From contig OZ024742.1 in the NCBI GenBank assembly GCA_964016885.1, positions 62,186,001-62,250,000 on the forward strand: a stretch of 64,000 nucleotides of DNA, written 5' to 3'. The notes under the pieces were generated by a model. It worked only from the letters and a program-made list of their open reading frames with translations, made no database searches and had not been told where the DNA came from. Every line of letters begins with the position of its first letter. The stretch's first letter is position 1. This stretch comes from Eledone cirrhosa (taxonomy: Eukaryota). Position numbers and translations under genes: made by a program. Shown piece after piece: positions 1-15,320 of the stretch.

Positions 1-497
1 GGGGAAGGACAATTATTAGAATTACCAATAATTCAAAAACCGCCATAATCTTCAAGGAAGTTAGAATTTTTCAAGTTTATGAGGAATGGAACAAGATATA
101 ACACAAACTGTTTCCAAAGCCGAGGCAGAAAGTAATATAATAGCACGCGTGGTGTTACATTCTCAAATTTCTTAAGATATTATGACTACTTGACAGGCTT
201 AATGTCGCTAGAAATAGTAGTCCAATGATCATCTGGTACAGCTCGACATATTACGGAGTAGTTTAATATTAATATATGTGTTTGTGCATAGAACAATAAA
301 AACTGAAGCAGCCAGGCATTGGTAAATAGTTAGAACTAACTATCTACCTACGCCTGACTTCTGTTTTTTTTTTTATTGTTCTACGCTCAAACACACGCAC
401 ACACGCATATATATATCCAAATGTGTATTGTAAATCCACTATAGAAATGTGGCGTTCACAATAGAAATCCTATAATATATGCATTATTAAGCCAGTT

Positions 498-695
498 GGG
501 CGGTGGATTGGTGCAGTATCGGTAGAGAGTCGGACGCCATGCTTTGCAGCATAGCGTTATGGCCTTTTATTATCCGAGTTCAAATTCGGCCGAGGTCAAC
601 TTTGTCTTTCATCTGTACGGGGTTGATAAAATAAAGTACCAGTAATGCACTGGAATAATTGCTGGCCTTGTGCCAAAAGTAGAAACAATTATTAT
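498..695 (+). mobile_element. tRNA-derived SINE (Nin/Deu-like central domain)
   Basis: A-box-like GGTGCAGTATCGG, B-box GAGTTCAAATTC, central CCGAGGTCAACTTTGTCTTTCATC..GGGGTTGATAAAATAAAGTACCAG and (ATT)n tail; about 10 copies in the window. Confidence 0.85.
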
Positions 696-1525
696 TACTA
701 TAGCTGTTATAATTATCATTACTTTTCTAATTAGTCCAGCAACAATCATTACCATTGTTTAGCAGAAAAACCACCCTTCGGGTGGTTTTCTGACAGCTTG
801 TGTAGTGTGTATATTCATATTTTACGCAAGTATATATGCATGTAGATATGATACATCAAATAAAATCGTAATTGACAATATACACAGAAATTGAACAAAG
901 ATTGTGTTACACTGTCTTATTTAATCAGTAATGTAATCCATGATACATTAAAAAAAAAGACGATATTATATATAAACTGCATTAGGAGAAAATTAGTGAC
1001 GGAAATATATGAGTATTTATTTAAGCGATCGCCACCGGAAGTGTTTACATTTGAAAATTTTAAAGAATTGAATCTTTAAATAAATAATAAAATATATTTA
1101 ATGAACAGCCACAAAATTTAGTAGATAAATTATGTAATATTCATTCATTATTTATTCAAAGTAATGCAACTTATTTTACTAAGGGGATAAAAAATTATAA
1201 ACCGTACACAGTCCCGCACTTCTTACTTTATTATAGATTAGATTACACTTATGGTTAATCATATTCAATATCACTGTCAATATATATATTGAATATTTTA
1301 ATTTTTATTTGAACGATTGTATTTACGTATATTCTAGCATCACTATCATTGTCCTACATATCGTAAACAGCGCTGTCGTCATCGTTATTGTTATTTTTGT
1401 CATGGTAGCGTTGTCCCTGTTGACTTAAGTAGAGGCTGGGCAGAGATCATAAAACAAAAGCTCAAAACTGCCTTTATCATCAAAGCTAACGACGCCAGTT
1501 CGAGAACAAAATAACTAAAGAATGC

Positions 1526-1643
1526 GGTTCAAATTCTGCCGAGGTTAACTTTGCCTTTCATCCTTACGGGGTCGATAAAATAAAGTACTAGTTATGCACT
1601 GGGATAATTGCTGGCCTTGTGCCAAAAGTAGAAACAATTATTA
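1526..1643 (+). mobile_element. 5'-truncated copy of the same SINE
   Basis: B-box through tail matches 498-695. Confidence 0.8.
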
Positions 1644-2609
1644 AGTCAGTTGTGAGGAAATAAATACGGGTGGGGATGGAATAAATTACAGTTACGCCAC
1701 TTAATGGAAAAATCAAATTAATTTTCTAAAGAAACAATATACAATAAATACCAGATAATATCAATAATAATATAACAATGGTTACATTAAAAGTTATCGT
1801 GTCAGCTGATATATTGTACATCATCTTTACTGTTTTATGTAGATTAATCAATATCTTAATTGCGGTTTAATGTTGTTAGAAACGGCAGGTTTCTACTGGA
1901 ACATCATGCTATTCGTGTGTGTTCTGTTGTTTTGAATAGAGTATGTGAGTGTGTTTGTACTAATGCAATATTTATATGAGTATATGTACTCCTGTAAATG
2001 TGTTTAAGTGCCATATGTGGAGAAATACAATTTTAAAATGTCTTTAGGTATTCGCGAATCATAGTTTATATATGAATGAACTTTATATTTACAGTTAACT
2101 ATATGTATATAATACTGAGCTACCCGGTGATTCCCAGGTATTTTATTAAAGTTACAATATTTGACCATTGAAATATGATTGCTGAATTTTAACTAAATTA
2201 GGAATTATAGCAGAATATTTATTGCCGTTTGTTTAAAAATCATGTAGATAAAAATATTATTAATTTTGACCAGTGGTGATTTTTAAAATACTGCTCCCTA
2301 TTACAGTCAGCACTTGGAAGAATCATTAGTAAGGGAAAAGGGCATGACCAAAAAAAAAATAAATTTAGATTTTATTTATCCTTTTTTTTTTGCACAATCA
2401 AAACCTCTGAAATTCAAACAAAATGTGAAGGCTATTTTAAAAAGCATAAATAAAATAAAATAAAATAAAATAAAATAAAATAAAATAAAATAAAATAAAT
2501 AAATTTACCATTGGTTTATGAATGAATGAAGACTTTACTTACTCATTTCTGTAATTCAGGAAAGTTTATTGAAATGTGTGTAAATGTGGTAAATATATAC
2601 ATATACACC

Positions 2610-2965
2610 AGGAACTAAACTTCCACTGTCACTGCCTCCGTCTCTCCCGATCTCCCCATCACTCACTATTATGAGCAAATGGGGGCCCAAGCGCTGACCT
2701 CCCAGCAGCCCCGGCGAGTGGAATAGAGGATGGTGAGGGAGACGCGCTGGAAAATCCATTCCGGCTTGCGAGGCTCACCCCTGTGGGTAGCCAACTCTGT
2801 GCCGATGGTGGTGAGTTGGGAGGTAGCCCTAGAGCCAAGGACACCAGAAGTTTCAATTACTACGGGCTCAACAACAAGCCTGTCAGAGAACGACCGATAT
2901 TTGGAGAGTTTATCCTCCTTGGCCCAAAGTACGGCAGAGCCTGGGTTAATTAAAATTTTTACACT
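2610..2965 (-). mobile_element. 3' end of a CRE-like non-LTR retrotransposon (restriction-like endonuclease C-terminus)
   Basis: Minus frame not in the ORF track: PGSAVLWAKEDKLSKYRSFSDRLVVEPVVIETSGVLGSRATSQLTTIGTELATHRGEPRKPEWIFQRVSLTI, matching the K..KY..P..(V/I)ET.G..G..QR.S pattern. Confidence 0.7.
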
Positions 2966-3078
2966 GTAGCTTTCACCAACTTTTACCTCTATGGCAGTAG
3001 GATCTTATTTGTTTTCTATTTCTTTTAGGTACACCAACAGTTATAGTGGCTTCCATGACATACATACATACACACACA

Positions 3079-3146
<68 letters not shown>

Positions 3147-3175
3147 TGCGTGCGTGCGTGCGTGCGTGTGTGTGT

Positions 3176-3218
<43 letters not shown>

Positions 3219-3577
3219 CGCGTGTGTGTGTTTGTGTGTGTAAGACTGTCCGTTGTGATTTGAAATGGATTTTGCTAATATTTCTAGTAGATCGAGGTGT
3301 CACATACAACTTTTCCTCTTTGTTTCATACATATATACATACATGAGACAGTAGACTGGGATTTGAAAGAAATTTGGCTGCTATTTCTAACAGGTCGAGC
3401 TTGCTACCATAAAAAGGTCTCACTTATACTACTGTACATAGCAGAGGTACTCAGGAATGTCTGTATGTTCTTCCAAAGTAACACTATGCAGTAAAGTTGC
3501 AAGTTCAGAATTCCTTACAAACTATATGACTAAGGAATTAGTATTTATTGTCATTGAAGGAGGAATTATGATATTGA

Positions 3578-3871
3578 TCATTCCAAAGCCTCTTGATAAA
3601 CAGCATTCTTGATTTTGCCGTGTGGTGCTACAATGATGAGATAATCAGGGTTTTCAACCCTTGTACCAACATAGAGTTGACCATGTGAAAAGACAGGATC
3701 TGCCAGGTTCAACCTAACGACTTTCAATGATTGCCTTTGAGATTTATTGATGGTCATGTCAAAACTGAGTCTAATAGGAAATTGAAGTCTTTGAAATTCA
3801 AATAGCAAATCAGTTGTCTTCAGAGGTATTCTGGGAATGAAACAATTGTCACCAGAAAATTTTTCTGACAT
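3578..3871 (-). pseudogene. Helitron PIF1-family helicase C-terminal fragment
   Basis: FIPRIPL..FQRLQFPIRLSFDMTINKSQRQSL..PVFSHGQLYVG motifs. Confidence 0.85.
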
Positions 3872-4803
3872 TGTTGCAACTTCTAGCAGGTAGTGCTTGT
3901 GTCAACTGATGAGTAGTGGTCTCAGTGAAATACACTCTCTGTCAATTTTCTAGATGAATTGCGGGGTTGACCACTGTTGGATGGTGTTGGTGGATATCAA
4001 ATCAAAAGATCTGCCTGATAGATTAATTGCTGGAGATGTATCAACCTGTCTGATACTGTTTGACCTCAACCAGCCCACCATCATTGAGTTCTTTGTCAGG
4101 AACAAAGGTAGTCATGCTCTTGTTGATATATTTTGTGATATATAGTATTGCTTTGACAGAGCTGCAATACTCAACATTGATATTAACTCTTAGAAGTTGA
4201 CACAACATTTTGTCTAGTGTCAGCTCTAAGTCAAATAACATTGGAAAAATAATGCACAATTTTATCCGACAATATGATTTTTCCAGGTATTGTTGTCCTA
4301 ATATTACCAAAATAATAATTTAGTTGGCAACCAATGATTATTATCATTGATTGATCAACCGTTAAACTTATAAATATAGATATAATTTCTCAAAATTCCT
4401 TCGTCACACACATTCTTTCTGTGACATCTTCAGTGATTTCCTCCTATTGTGTTTCTATAACGTTTTTTGTTTTTTGTTTTTGGGTGCCACCTAAATTATT
4501 TATAAAAATGAACTGAAGTGAAAACCAAACCAAAGAGTGGGTGTGTTTTATCATTATTATAGACAACATGACCCTCTCCAAATATAATAATATGTGTTTC
4601 AACACATGATTTCATATCCTTGCAAAACAAATACATAGATTTTTCCAGGGTTTGTAATATATATATATCGTTAACTTTATAGAGAGGAAAAGTTGAAGAA
4701 TGTCTACACACACACATATATATCTATGTGTTTGTGTCACCGTTCTTAGGTTATATATATATTATAAATAAACATATATATATATATCTAACTTAAGTAA
4801 GTG

Positions 4804-4890
<87 letters not shown>

Positions 4891-5598
4891 TCTCTAATTT
4901 AAGAACGCCGACACACCCTCGCGTGCGTGCACACACACACGCTCACATACACACAGAGTCCCATTACGACTTTTGCGAAAGAGAGAAAGAAAGAGAAGTA
5001 ACGTTAAGAAAGGGGTGAATTTAAAAAAGAAGTGTTTAAAAAATAAATAAATAAAAGTTAGTTATCGAACTATACTATCATTTTTGTTTTCTTTCTCTTT
5101 TCTAATTCCCCTTTCTCTATTTCTTTGGTTCTCTTTCTCTTTCTCTCTCTCTCTCTCATTCTCCCGCTCTCTCTTTCCTCTCTTTCTCTTTCTCTTATCC
5201 CCTCTCTCTCACTCCCCTTTCTCTCTTATCCCCTCTCTCTCATCCTCCCTCTCTTTCTCTACAGAATGAAGAACAAAAAGAACAAATAAGTTGTTTCCTC
5301 GTTTTGGAGGACTGAGTTGTGGGAGGAGGAAGGGGAGTAGTGGGAGGGAGGGTTTAACATAGAGTAGTAGTATCTCCTCTTCCCCTCTCCCACTGAAACG
5401 TCTTCTCTTTCCTCCATTGTAAACATGTCTCCAGTGGTTCCATTATTGATTGTTATTGAAATCCAATTAACCAGTCCTGTTTCTGAATATTAGATTAACA
5501 TGTGTTTAAAGTTTCATCATGATCGGATCACTGGTGTAGGCGCCTACTGATTATACACATATACACAGATACACAGACAGAAATTGCCTATTATATAG

Positions 5599-5629
<31 letters not shown>

Positions 5630-5728
5630 CTAGGGAGTGCAACTTGGAGTTACTGTAGGTTCACCCGGGTGAGCACTCGATGTTTAGGTTCACTTCTGTG
5701 TCGAGGTGTAGAGCTAGACAGAGTGTAT

Positions 5729-5888
5729 TATATTGAAAAGATAACAAGGACGATTGGTTACTCCTTCAAAGTTCGATCTGTATCGATAAGATCGATACAG
5801 ATCGAACCTTGAGCTGATCAGTGGCGAAACGCGCGTCACCAACCAATAAATGTAATGAAGGAGTAACCAATCGTCCTTGTTATCTTTT

Positions 5889-5895
<7 letters not shown>
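5729..5895 (+). mobile_element. Solo inverted PLE-type terminus with 3' half of a hammerhead
   Basis: 40-bp inverted repeats 5729-5768 and 5856-5895, 17-bp hairpin 5771-5807, then AGTGGC-GAAAC-GCGC-GTC-ACC and AATAAA; abuts (TA)n. Confidence 0.6.
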
Positions 5896-5924
<29 letters not shown>

Positions 5925-6430
5925 TAGCTACTAGCTGAATTACCTGGCGTTGCCTGGGTTACTGCTGTTCTTATTCAGATGTGAAGATATGTTTTATTTC
6001 TCATAATTATTTCAAAATATCTATATTTTATATAAAAAATATATCAAGATTGTAATGATAATAGAATTTAGAAATAAAAAATTGTCAATCTTGAAGCACC
6101 TTAGGGTAAACAATATTCATTGTGTAATTCATGTATGTGTAGAGATGTGTGTGTATTTAATAACGTACCTAATGAACGCACAAACACACACACACTCACA
6201 GACATATACATATTCATATACAAAATGTGACGTCCTATTGTTTTAATCCAAATGCAAATAAAAATTATCACACATACACTCACACACACACATACATTCT
6301 CGCATACATTCACACACATTCTCACATACACTCACACACATTATGTGTATGTGTAGATGCGTGAGTATTTAATTCTCTGAGGCCTTACATACATAACAAA
6401 CGCACACACACACACAAACACACACACATA

Positions 6431-6471
<41 letters not shown>

Positions 6472-7227
6472 TCACACACTCACAGACACACACACACACA
6501 CACAGACACACAGGCACACACACACACACACACATACACAAACGCACAACACACACACACACACACTCACATACACACACAGACACACACACACATACAC
6601 ACACATATATTCACACACTCACAGACACACACACACACAGACACACAGACACACAGACACACAGACACACAGACACACAGACACACACACACACACTCAC
6701 ACAATCACATACACACACACAGACACACACACACACTCACAGACACACACACTCATTTATACAAAATGTGATGCCGTGGTGGTGGTGGTGGTTTACTATA
6801 GTTGACTATAAAAATATTATTTTAGGTAAAATCTTATATCGTTTTAATCCAAATGAAAATAAAAAATACACGTTGACACTCCCGAAGTCTAATACTATTA
6901 ACCTTGTAAAATTTGATTTGATTTGGTCCAGCCGTTAGAGAATGCATAGGAACAGACAGACAGACAAATAATTTTATATAGAGAGAAATATACACCATAG
7001 GAAAATGTTGTGTGTATGTGTGTATGTGCGTATGTATGTATGTATGTATGTATGTATGTATGTATGTATGTATGTATGTTGTTGTCGTTATTATTATTGC
7101 TGTTATTATTATTGTTATTAATGTATATGTGTGTGTATATGTATATGTATATGTGTATATATATATGTATATATATACACATATACATATGCATTGTTAT
7201 TAATATATATGTGTGTATATATGTATA

Positions 7228-7272
<45 letters not shown>

Positions 7273-7865
7273 CTTTTTTTTTATTTTTATTTTCTTTTTT
7301 ATTTATTTATTAATTTTTTTTCTCCTCGTGCAATAGCCATACTCGATAACGAGGGGGCAGCCATCATGTATGTATGTATGCATGTATGTATGTGTGTATG
7401 TTTGTTTGAGTGTAAGTGCTTATGTATGTAGGTTTGTATGTATATGTGTATATATTTATGTATGTGTGTATATGTATATATGTATATATGTGTATGTATG
7501 TATATGTATATATGTGTATGTAGCTATGTATGTACTTAAGTATGTATGCATGTGTGTGTGTCTGTGTCTGTCTGTCTCTCTCTCTCTATATATATATGTG
7601 TGTATGTGTGTGTGTACGTACGTATGTATGTATAAATACGTATGGATATCTATATATGTATGTATACACTCATGTATGTGTTTAAATATATATGTATTTA
7701 TATGTATGCATATGTACCTATGTTTATGCGTGTGCATGTATGTATGCATTCATGTATGTGTGTGAATGTATATGTATTTATATGTATGTAATGTACCTAT
7801 GTTTATGTGTGCGTACATTTATATGCACTCATGTATGTGCCCAGCCAACCAGACTTATATGGTTA

Positions 7866-8056
7866 TAATAACTGTTTCTATTTTAGGCACAAGGCCAGCA
7901 ATTAACCAGTGCATTACTGGTACTTTATTTTATCGACCCCGTAAGGATGAAAGGCAAAGTCAACCTCGCGGGATTTGAACTCAAATCGTAAAGGGACGTA
8001 ACTATGCTGCAAAGCATGGCGTCCGACCCTCTACCGATACTGCCAATCCACCGCCC
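7866..8056 (-). mobile_element. tRNA-derived SINE
   Basis: Reverse complement of the 498-695 family. Confidence 0.85.
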
Positions 8057-8242
8057 TTATATGGTTATAATAACTATGCTACATAAGTACAACTGTATAT
8101 TGTGGTTAACTTGTTATTAGTATTTTTTTAATTCTTATTTTATTTACAGCCTACCTTCGTCTTAGGTACATAGCTTACTGTGTAAATCATAAACAACGAC
8201 TTCGGTAGTTTTTGCCCACTTTCGTAATCGCTAAACAAGTCA

Positions 8243-8302
<60 letters not shown>

Positions 8303-8306
<4 letters not shown>

Positions 8307-8490
8307 CGAAGGAAATGTGGTAAGGAACCAGGTGGACCATAACGCACCAAAGTACTCAATACTTAGGGTAGTAGAGTGGGTAATAGGAACCAGTAAGACC
8401 CCGACGGCTGAGCTCAAGCCGTTTCGACGGCTAATTCTCTGAATTAGCCGTCGAAACGGCTTGAGCTCAGCCGTCGGGGTCTTACTGGTT

Positions 8491-8495
<5 letters not shown>
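8303..8495. mobile_element. PLE pseudo-LTR tail with fold-back (perfect 55-bp-arm hairpin 8383-8495)
   Basis: Arms 8383-8437 and 8441-8495 with loop TCT; same family as 58244-58430; (TA)n on both sides. Confidence 0.75.
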
Positions 8496-8571
<76 letters not shown>

Positions 8572-8658
8572 AAAAGGTAAAACAGAAATAACAACACAAT
8601 CGGTACAGTATATGGAAGGTATATATTAGGTTAACGCTTGACATAGCAGGAAGAGGGG

Positions 8659-8694
8659 TCTTAACGTTTCGGACGCTAGTCCTTCATCAGAAGA
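8659..8694 (-). ncRNA. Minimal type I hammerhead ribozyme (PLE type)
   Basis: Minus: TCTT CTGATGA A-GGAC TAGC GTCC GAAA C GTT AAGA; stem I TCTT/AAGA, palindromic AACGTT stem III. Confidence 0.8.
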
Positions 8695-8812
8695 AAGAAT
8701 GAGAAATAAAATAGATTGAGGGGATGGGCGGGATGGAATTGGAAAAATGTCTTTAGATAAAAATAACAGTTCCATTCATGTTGACACACACAGACACACA
8801 CACGCGCCCCCC

Positions 8813-8869
<57 letters not shown>

Positions 8870-9143
8870 ACCTTTTTTATTTCTTTCTCTCTTTTTTCTG
8901 GGTTAGAAAATGATTAAAAAGAAATATTTTACTTTGTGTGAAGTGTTAAGGTATTAGTTGATTTATTTATGAATTAACAATGGCATTTATTTATTTATTT
9001 ATATATTTAATTGTCTATTACCGGTTTCAGCATTTTTATGCATTATCAAATGATAGTGCATTGGTGTAGAATGGTGGTGTTGGACATGTTAAAGAAACGG
9101 TGCAGAAAGAATAATGTTATTTACAAACAAGGTTTATGAAGTG

Positions 9144-9266
9144 AAAAGAAAAAAGAAAAAAGAAAAAAGAAAAAAGAAAAAAGAAAAAAGGAAAAAGGAA
9201 AAAGAAAAAAGAAAAAAGAAAAAAGAAAAAAGAAAAAAGAAAAAAGAAAAAAGAAAAAAGAAAAAA
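9144..9266 (+). repeat. (GAAAAAA)n heptamer repeat
   Basis: Direct reading. Confidence 0.95.
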
Positions 9267-9391
9267 GGGACGTAATGTGGAGCATAAAAAGTCAATGTGA
9301 AAGAAAAAATAATGTTTACAGGCATAGTTCTTGAAGTTAAGCAGATCAAAATGTGTTAATATAGCAAGGGTGCTTAGTTGATCCATGATGG

Positions 9392-9468
<77 letters not shown>

Positions 9469-9690
9469 GACATCTATTCAGTCTGCTTTGTTTTAAATTT
9501 TTAATGTATATTTCTAATAAGTTGTTGCTTCGTCTTGGAGGACTGAGTTGTGGGAGGAGGAAGGGGAGTAGAGGGAGAGTTTAACACAGAGTAGTAGTAT
9601 TTTCTCTTCCCCTCTCTCACTGAAACATCTCTTTCCTCCTCCATTATATATATATATATATATATATTCATTATATATATATATATATCC

Positions 9691-9765
<75 letters not shown>

Positions 9766-9786
9766 ATTATATATATATATATATCC

Positions 9787-9872
<86 letters not shown>

Positions 9873-9891
9873 CATATATCCATTATATATA

Positions 9892-9926
<35 letters not shown>

Positions 9927-9928
9927 CC

Positions 9929-9968
<40 letters not shown>

Positions 9969-10144
9969 GGCAATTTCTGTCTGTCTGTGTATCTGTGTAT
10001 AACTAGTTGTCTAAACCAGTGATCCGATCCTGATGAAACTTTACACACATGTTAAGTTATATTGAGAAACAGGACTGGATTTCAATAAAAATCAATAATT
10101 GAACCCCTGGTCACATCTTTACAATGGAGGAGGAAAGAGACGTT

Positions 10145-11085
<941 letters not shown>

Positions 11086-11254
11086 TTAACTAAGATGTAT
11101 GTTAAATTTAATTTCACATAACTCGCACTTTTATTCGTATTAAATAACTTCTGTCTTAATATCTTTATGCCATCATTATCTCTTTGCTTCATCGGATTTA
11201 CTGTCATTTTTTACTGAAAGGATTTAGTTATTTGTCATTATTTTAATATATAAC

Positions 11255-11448
11255 GGGCGGTCGATTGGCAGTATCGGTAGAGGGTCGGACGCCATGCTTT
11301 GACGCATAGAGTTACATCCCTTGCCATTCTGAGTTCAAATCCCGTCGAGGTTAACTTTGCCTTTCATCCTTAGGCGGTCGATAAAATAAAGTACCAGTAA
11401 TACACTGGGATAATTGCTGGCCTTGTGTCAAAAGTCGAAACGATTATT
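11255..11448 (+). mobile_element. tRNA-derived SINE
   Basis: Same family as 498-695. Confidence 0.85.
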
Positions 11449-11619
11449 TTAATATATTCATTGAAAATTAAGGAAGAACACAGTTTTGTTTCTTTTCTAT
11501 CAGTCTTCACAACACTCAATAATTCTATTTATAACCCACCGTATTTTTTGTTTATTAAATTCACTATAGGTGACATATCTATAGTTGAGTTTGCTTCACC
11601 TGATATTGTTTCCTCAAAG

Positions 11620-11790
11620 GTAAAATCCCGTTATAACGAATACCATTATAACGAATTTTTAAAGATAACGAATTTTTTTCTATCCCTGGCCACACGCTCA
11701 ATGTGTTAGGTCGATCTCGTTATAAAGAATTTTTCGATACAACGAATTTTTTTAATACCCCATGAATTTCGTTATAACAGAATTTTTCTG
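11620..11790. mobile_element. Tc1/pogo-type MITE
   Basis: Imperfect TIRs GTAAAATCCCGTTATAACGAA / TTCGTTATAACAGAATTTTTCTG followed by TA; internal ATAACGAA repeats; absent from the duplicate block near 35428. Confidence 0.75.
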
Positions 11791-12533
11791 TAATACATAT
11801 TTTGAAGATGTATTTTGGAAATTTTCAATAAAGGAGATTACAATTACCTTGATATAAGTAATTTTTATTTTGTACGCTCAATCTAGTAGTTCAAATGACA
11901 TTATGTTCCTGCAGAATGTAATATCCTGATTGATATTATTCTTTAGCCACATGAAATTGGAAGGTATAATGAAAATAATTCCGAATTTACGTTTTGCCAA
12001 TATTATAAATATTTCAACAACATAATCGTATCTCTGCAAAGTCCTATAAAAAATGTCGATCGAGAAGATCCCAAATTTAATTCGTCTACTAGGTTAGGAG
12101 GAATTCGTCAAATCGTACCAAGGAAACAATGTTTTCATTGGTCTTTCTATTACTAATACTATGTACTGTTTGCAACACCTGGCAGAAAAATAAATATGAA
12201 ATAAAGTGTCTAGCTGAAGGACATAATGAATCGCACCGGGAATCAAACTCGCAACCACACGATTGCGAATCCACTATAATATGGCGTTCACTATAGAAAT
12301 CCTACAATATATGCATTATAAAGTCAGACGTGAGGAAATAAATACAGGTAGGGATGGCATAAATTACAGTTACGCCAATTAATGAAAAAATCAAATTAAT
12401 TTTCTAAAGAAACAATAAGGTATTATACAATAAATGTTACTAGAGGATTATATATCATTGTGTGACGATATGCAAAACATGTTATAGCGTTCTGATACTA
12501 TTTATTCCTAATAGTGCTTTTCATCCCTTTCAG

Positions 12534-12623
12534 ATGTCCATCATTTATTGATACAAATGAAGTGGATGTATTATGAAAAGAGTTCGTGCTCATTTATGAT
12601 GGACATCTCTAGCATGATGTCAA
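12534..12623 (+). CDS. Candidate internal exon of the upstream paralog gene (possibly pseudo-exon)
   Basis: Strong acceptor TTTTCATCCCTTTCAG; reads (D)VHHLLIQMKWMYYEKSSCSFMMDISSMMS. Donor weak (GTACTC); alternative donor at 12681 includes an in-frame TAA. Confidence 0.3.
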
Positions 12624-12809
12624 GTACTCAAGAGTAAAACAACAGTTGCTTTAACAATAATAAATATATTGGTGTTGTCGGTATATTGGTTGATAAATGA
12701 CAGATGACAAATGTTGACAATATATATAGAAAAATTATATATTTATTTCCAACGGTGATGGTAATAATGGAATCTTTGATTCCATATGCGCAGCAAGTCA
12801 TTTAGTATA

Positions 12810-15320
12810 CAAGCGAGATCACAAGTCCATAACCTTGGCCCATCACATACACGATCAACTATCAGATACATGGACAAGGCAGTCATCTCAACCTCAACCC
12901 TTTATCCAACTGACAATGAAGGTCCTACATGAAGATTACCAACCAACATCTCCGACATGCGCTCTTTGTTTGGTCTCATCAATCAAGTCTCCTACACCTT
13001 CAGCATGGCCGACAGGATGCAACCATTCCGCAAGCTACTGAAACCAGGAACACCATTCCAATGGAATGACCAGCTAGACAAACTCTTTGAAGAATCTAAG
13101 AGTGTAATTGTCAGTGATATAGAAGAGGGTGTACGCATATTTGACACCAGAAAACCTACATGCCTCGCCACTGACTGGTTGAAAGACGACATTGGATTCT
13201 GGCTGTTCCAGATACACTGCACATGCCCAAAGACAGTCCCATTTTGCTGTCGTGAAGGATGGAAGGTTACACTGGTCGGAAGTCGCTTCACCCAAGCGGC
13301 AGAATCACGCTACGCACCGATTGAAGGCGAGGCTCTCGCTGTCGCTGACGAAGTGGACAAGGCAAGGTATTTCATTCTGGGCTGCATTAACCTCACCATA
13401 GCGGTAGACCACAAACCACTACTCAAGATATTCAGTGATCAATCCCTGGAAAGGATTTCCAATACTCGTCTTCGCAACTTGAAGGAAAAGACTCCGTTAC
13501 AGCTTCAAGATGATCCATATTCCCGGGGCAAGACACCGAGCTGCTGATGCTGTATCTAGACACCCATGTGACCCTGGAGACAAGATGATTCCAGAGGATT
13601 CAGCAGCCATCAGTACCTCCAGCCAACCATCTATTCAGAAACTCGTACTCGCCTCCATAAGACATGGTGACCAACCAGATAACCCAATCGAAGATACTAC
13701 CTTCCTCTCAGCCGTGTCATCCATCAACTCACTCCAATCAATCACTGGGGACAAGGTTCAAGAAGCCACCAACAGCGATGAAAACATGACTAAACTGGTG
13801 GATATGATAGAAACAGGGATGCCGGAGGACCGCCTTAGCCTGCCACCCGCCATTCGTGAATAGCATCAATTCCGAGAGCACCTACACTCAGTAGACAACG
13901 TGGCTCTCTACAAAGACCGCATTGTCATCCCACCATCACTCCGACACGACGTTCTAATAGCCCTCCACTCCGCCCACCAAGGCGTATCTTCTATGCTGTC
14001 AAGGGCCGAATCCTCTGTCTTCTGGCCTGGAATTACAACAGCAATCACAGAGCTCAGGAATACATGTGCCCACTGCAATCGGATGGCACCGTCTCAACCA
14101 TGTGCTCCACCTACCCCGCCAGTTTACCCTGTTTATCTCTTCCAGTGCATTTGCGCTGACTACTTCTACTCCAAAGGGGTGAACTATCTGGTCATTGTTG
14201 ACAGATACTCCAACTGGCCGATGGTAGAGAGATCTCGGGAAGGTGCCAAAGGCCTAATTGACAGTCTACACCGTACATTTGTCACTTTTGGAATTCCAGA
14301 CGAACTGTCCTCAGATGGTGGCCCTGAGTTTACAGCCTCAGCAGCCAGGGATTTCTTGAAAAACTGGAGTGTTCATCATCGACTCTCCTCAGTCGCCTTC
14401 CCCCACAGCCACTGTCGGGCAAAAGTCGGTGTTAAAACTGTGAAACGTCTCATTACAGACAACACGGGACCCAACAGCGAGTTAGACACGGACTCACTGC
14501 AACGCGCCATGCTGCAATACAGAAACACCCCAGACAGAGACATCAAGTTATCCCCTGTGATGTGTGTCTTTGGTAGACCCATTAAGGATTTCATTCCAAT
14601 CCTTCCCGGCCGCTACAAGCCCCATGATACCTGGCGTGACACACTTGCCTTGAGAGAAGATGCCCTCAGAAACAGGCACATGAAGATTGCAGAACGCCTT
14701 TCTGAACACACCAAGCGATTGCCACCCCTTGTCATTGGAGATCTCGTGCGAATACAAAACCAAACAGGCCCTCAACCGTTAAAATGGGACAAAACAGGCT
14801 GTGATTGAAGTTCGTCAGTTTGATCAGTATGTCATACGCGTGGATGGATCAGGCAGAGTGGCCCTTCGAAACCGGAAGTGTCTAAGAAAGTACACTCCTG
14901 TTCATCCACCGAGGGCACAGATCACCTTATCAGACGACTCAACAAAGATCCCAACAAAGACAACAAGGTATGTCTTTCTCGCTCCGCCAACCATTTATTC
15001 CGGCGCCCCTGCTCGCAAAGGACACCACCAAAGCCCCTCAAAACCCTACAGATCTACAAATGACACCACCACCCAACCTGACAACGCTTGACATCCAGCC
15101 ATTGCCACCGTCGCTACCACGTCCATCCATCCAGCCACCAGAGTTACATCCCCTAGCCTACCACACTATATTCAAAACAAGTAGCACAACACCTACCCCA
15201 GCACCCTGCCTAACATCATCCCTGACCAACACACAGGAACTAACACTAAGACGCTCCTCCCGGGCCAAGAAGGAGCCCACCTGGCTCAGTGATTATGTGC
15301 ATGTGATTGGTTACTCATTT
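12810..15320 (+). mobile_element. Ty3/Gypsy LTR retrotransposon pol remnant (RT thumb, RNase H, integrase); no LTRs seen
   Basis: LATDW..GFWLFQ, AESRYAPIEGEALAV, VDHKPL; HHCC (LHSAHQG..CAHC); integrase core (ICADYF..SDGGPEF); frameshifts and stops. Confidence 0.92.

Larger units (their letters stand above)
2113..5602 (-). mobile_element. Internally deleted Helitron carrying nested insertions; ends approximate
   Basis: Minus-strand Rep fragment (NVEYCSSVKAILYITKYINK..VKQYQTG.YISSN, ~3900-4300) and PIF1 helicase C-terminus (3578-3871). Hairpin-type 3' end near 2113-2140. 5'-end motif (AATTTCTGTCTGTGTATCTG on minus) near 5560-5602, repeated at 9965-10145. Confidence 0.6.

Noticed and set aside
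498-600. tRNA genes
   Set aside because: A and B boxes belong to SINE heads; no cloverleaf could be drawn
9014-9055. Additional HHR-like motifs (also 17797-17834, 34254-34290, 56243-56312)
   Set aside because: Cores or stem I too degenerate or truncated to call individually
2991-9875. Many ORFs made of CV, YI, HT or FFFL repeats (also 28000-28290, 47345-48514, 58292-59055, 62390-63041)
   Set aside because: Translations of (TG)n, (TA)n, (TATG)n and (GAAAAAA)n repeats or TG-rich PLE UTRs; not genes
10025-10060. CTGATGAAAC as a hammerhead core
   Set aside because: Part of the Helitron-type 5' motif (CCGATCCTGATGAAACTTTACACACATG); no stems II or III
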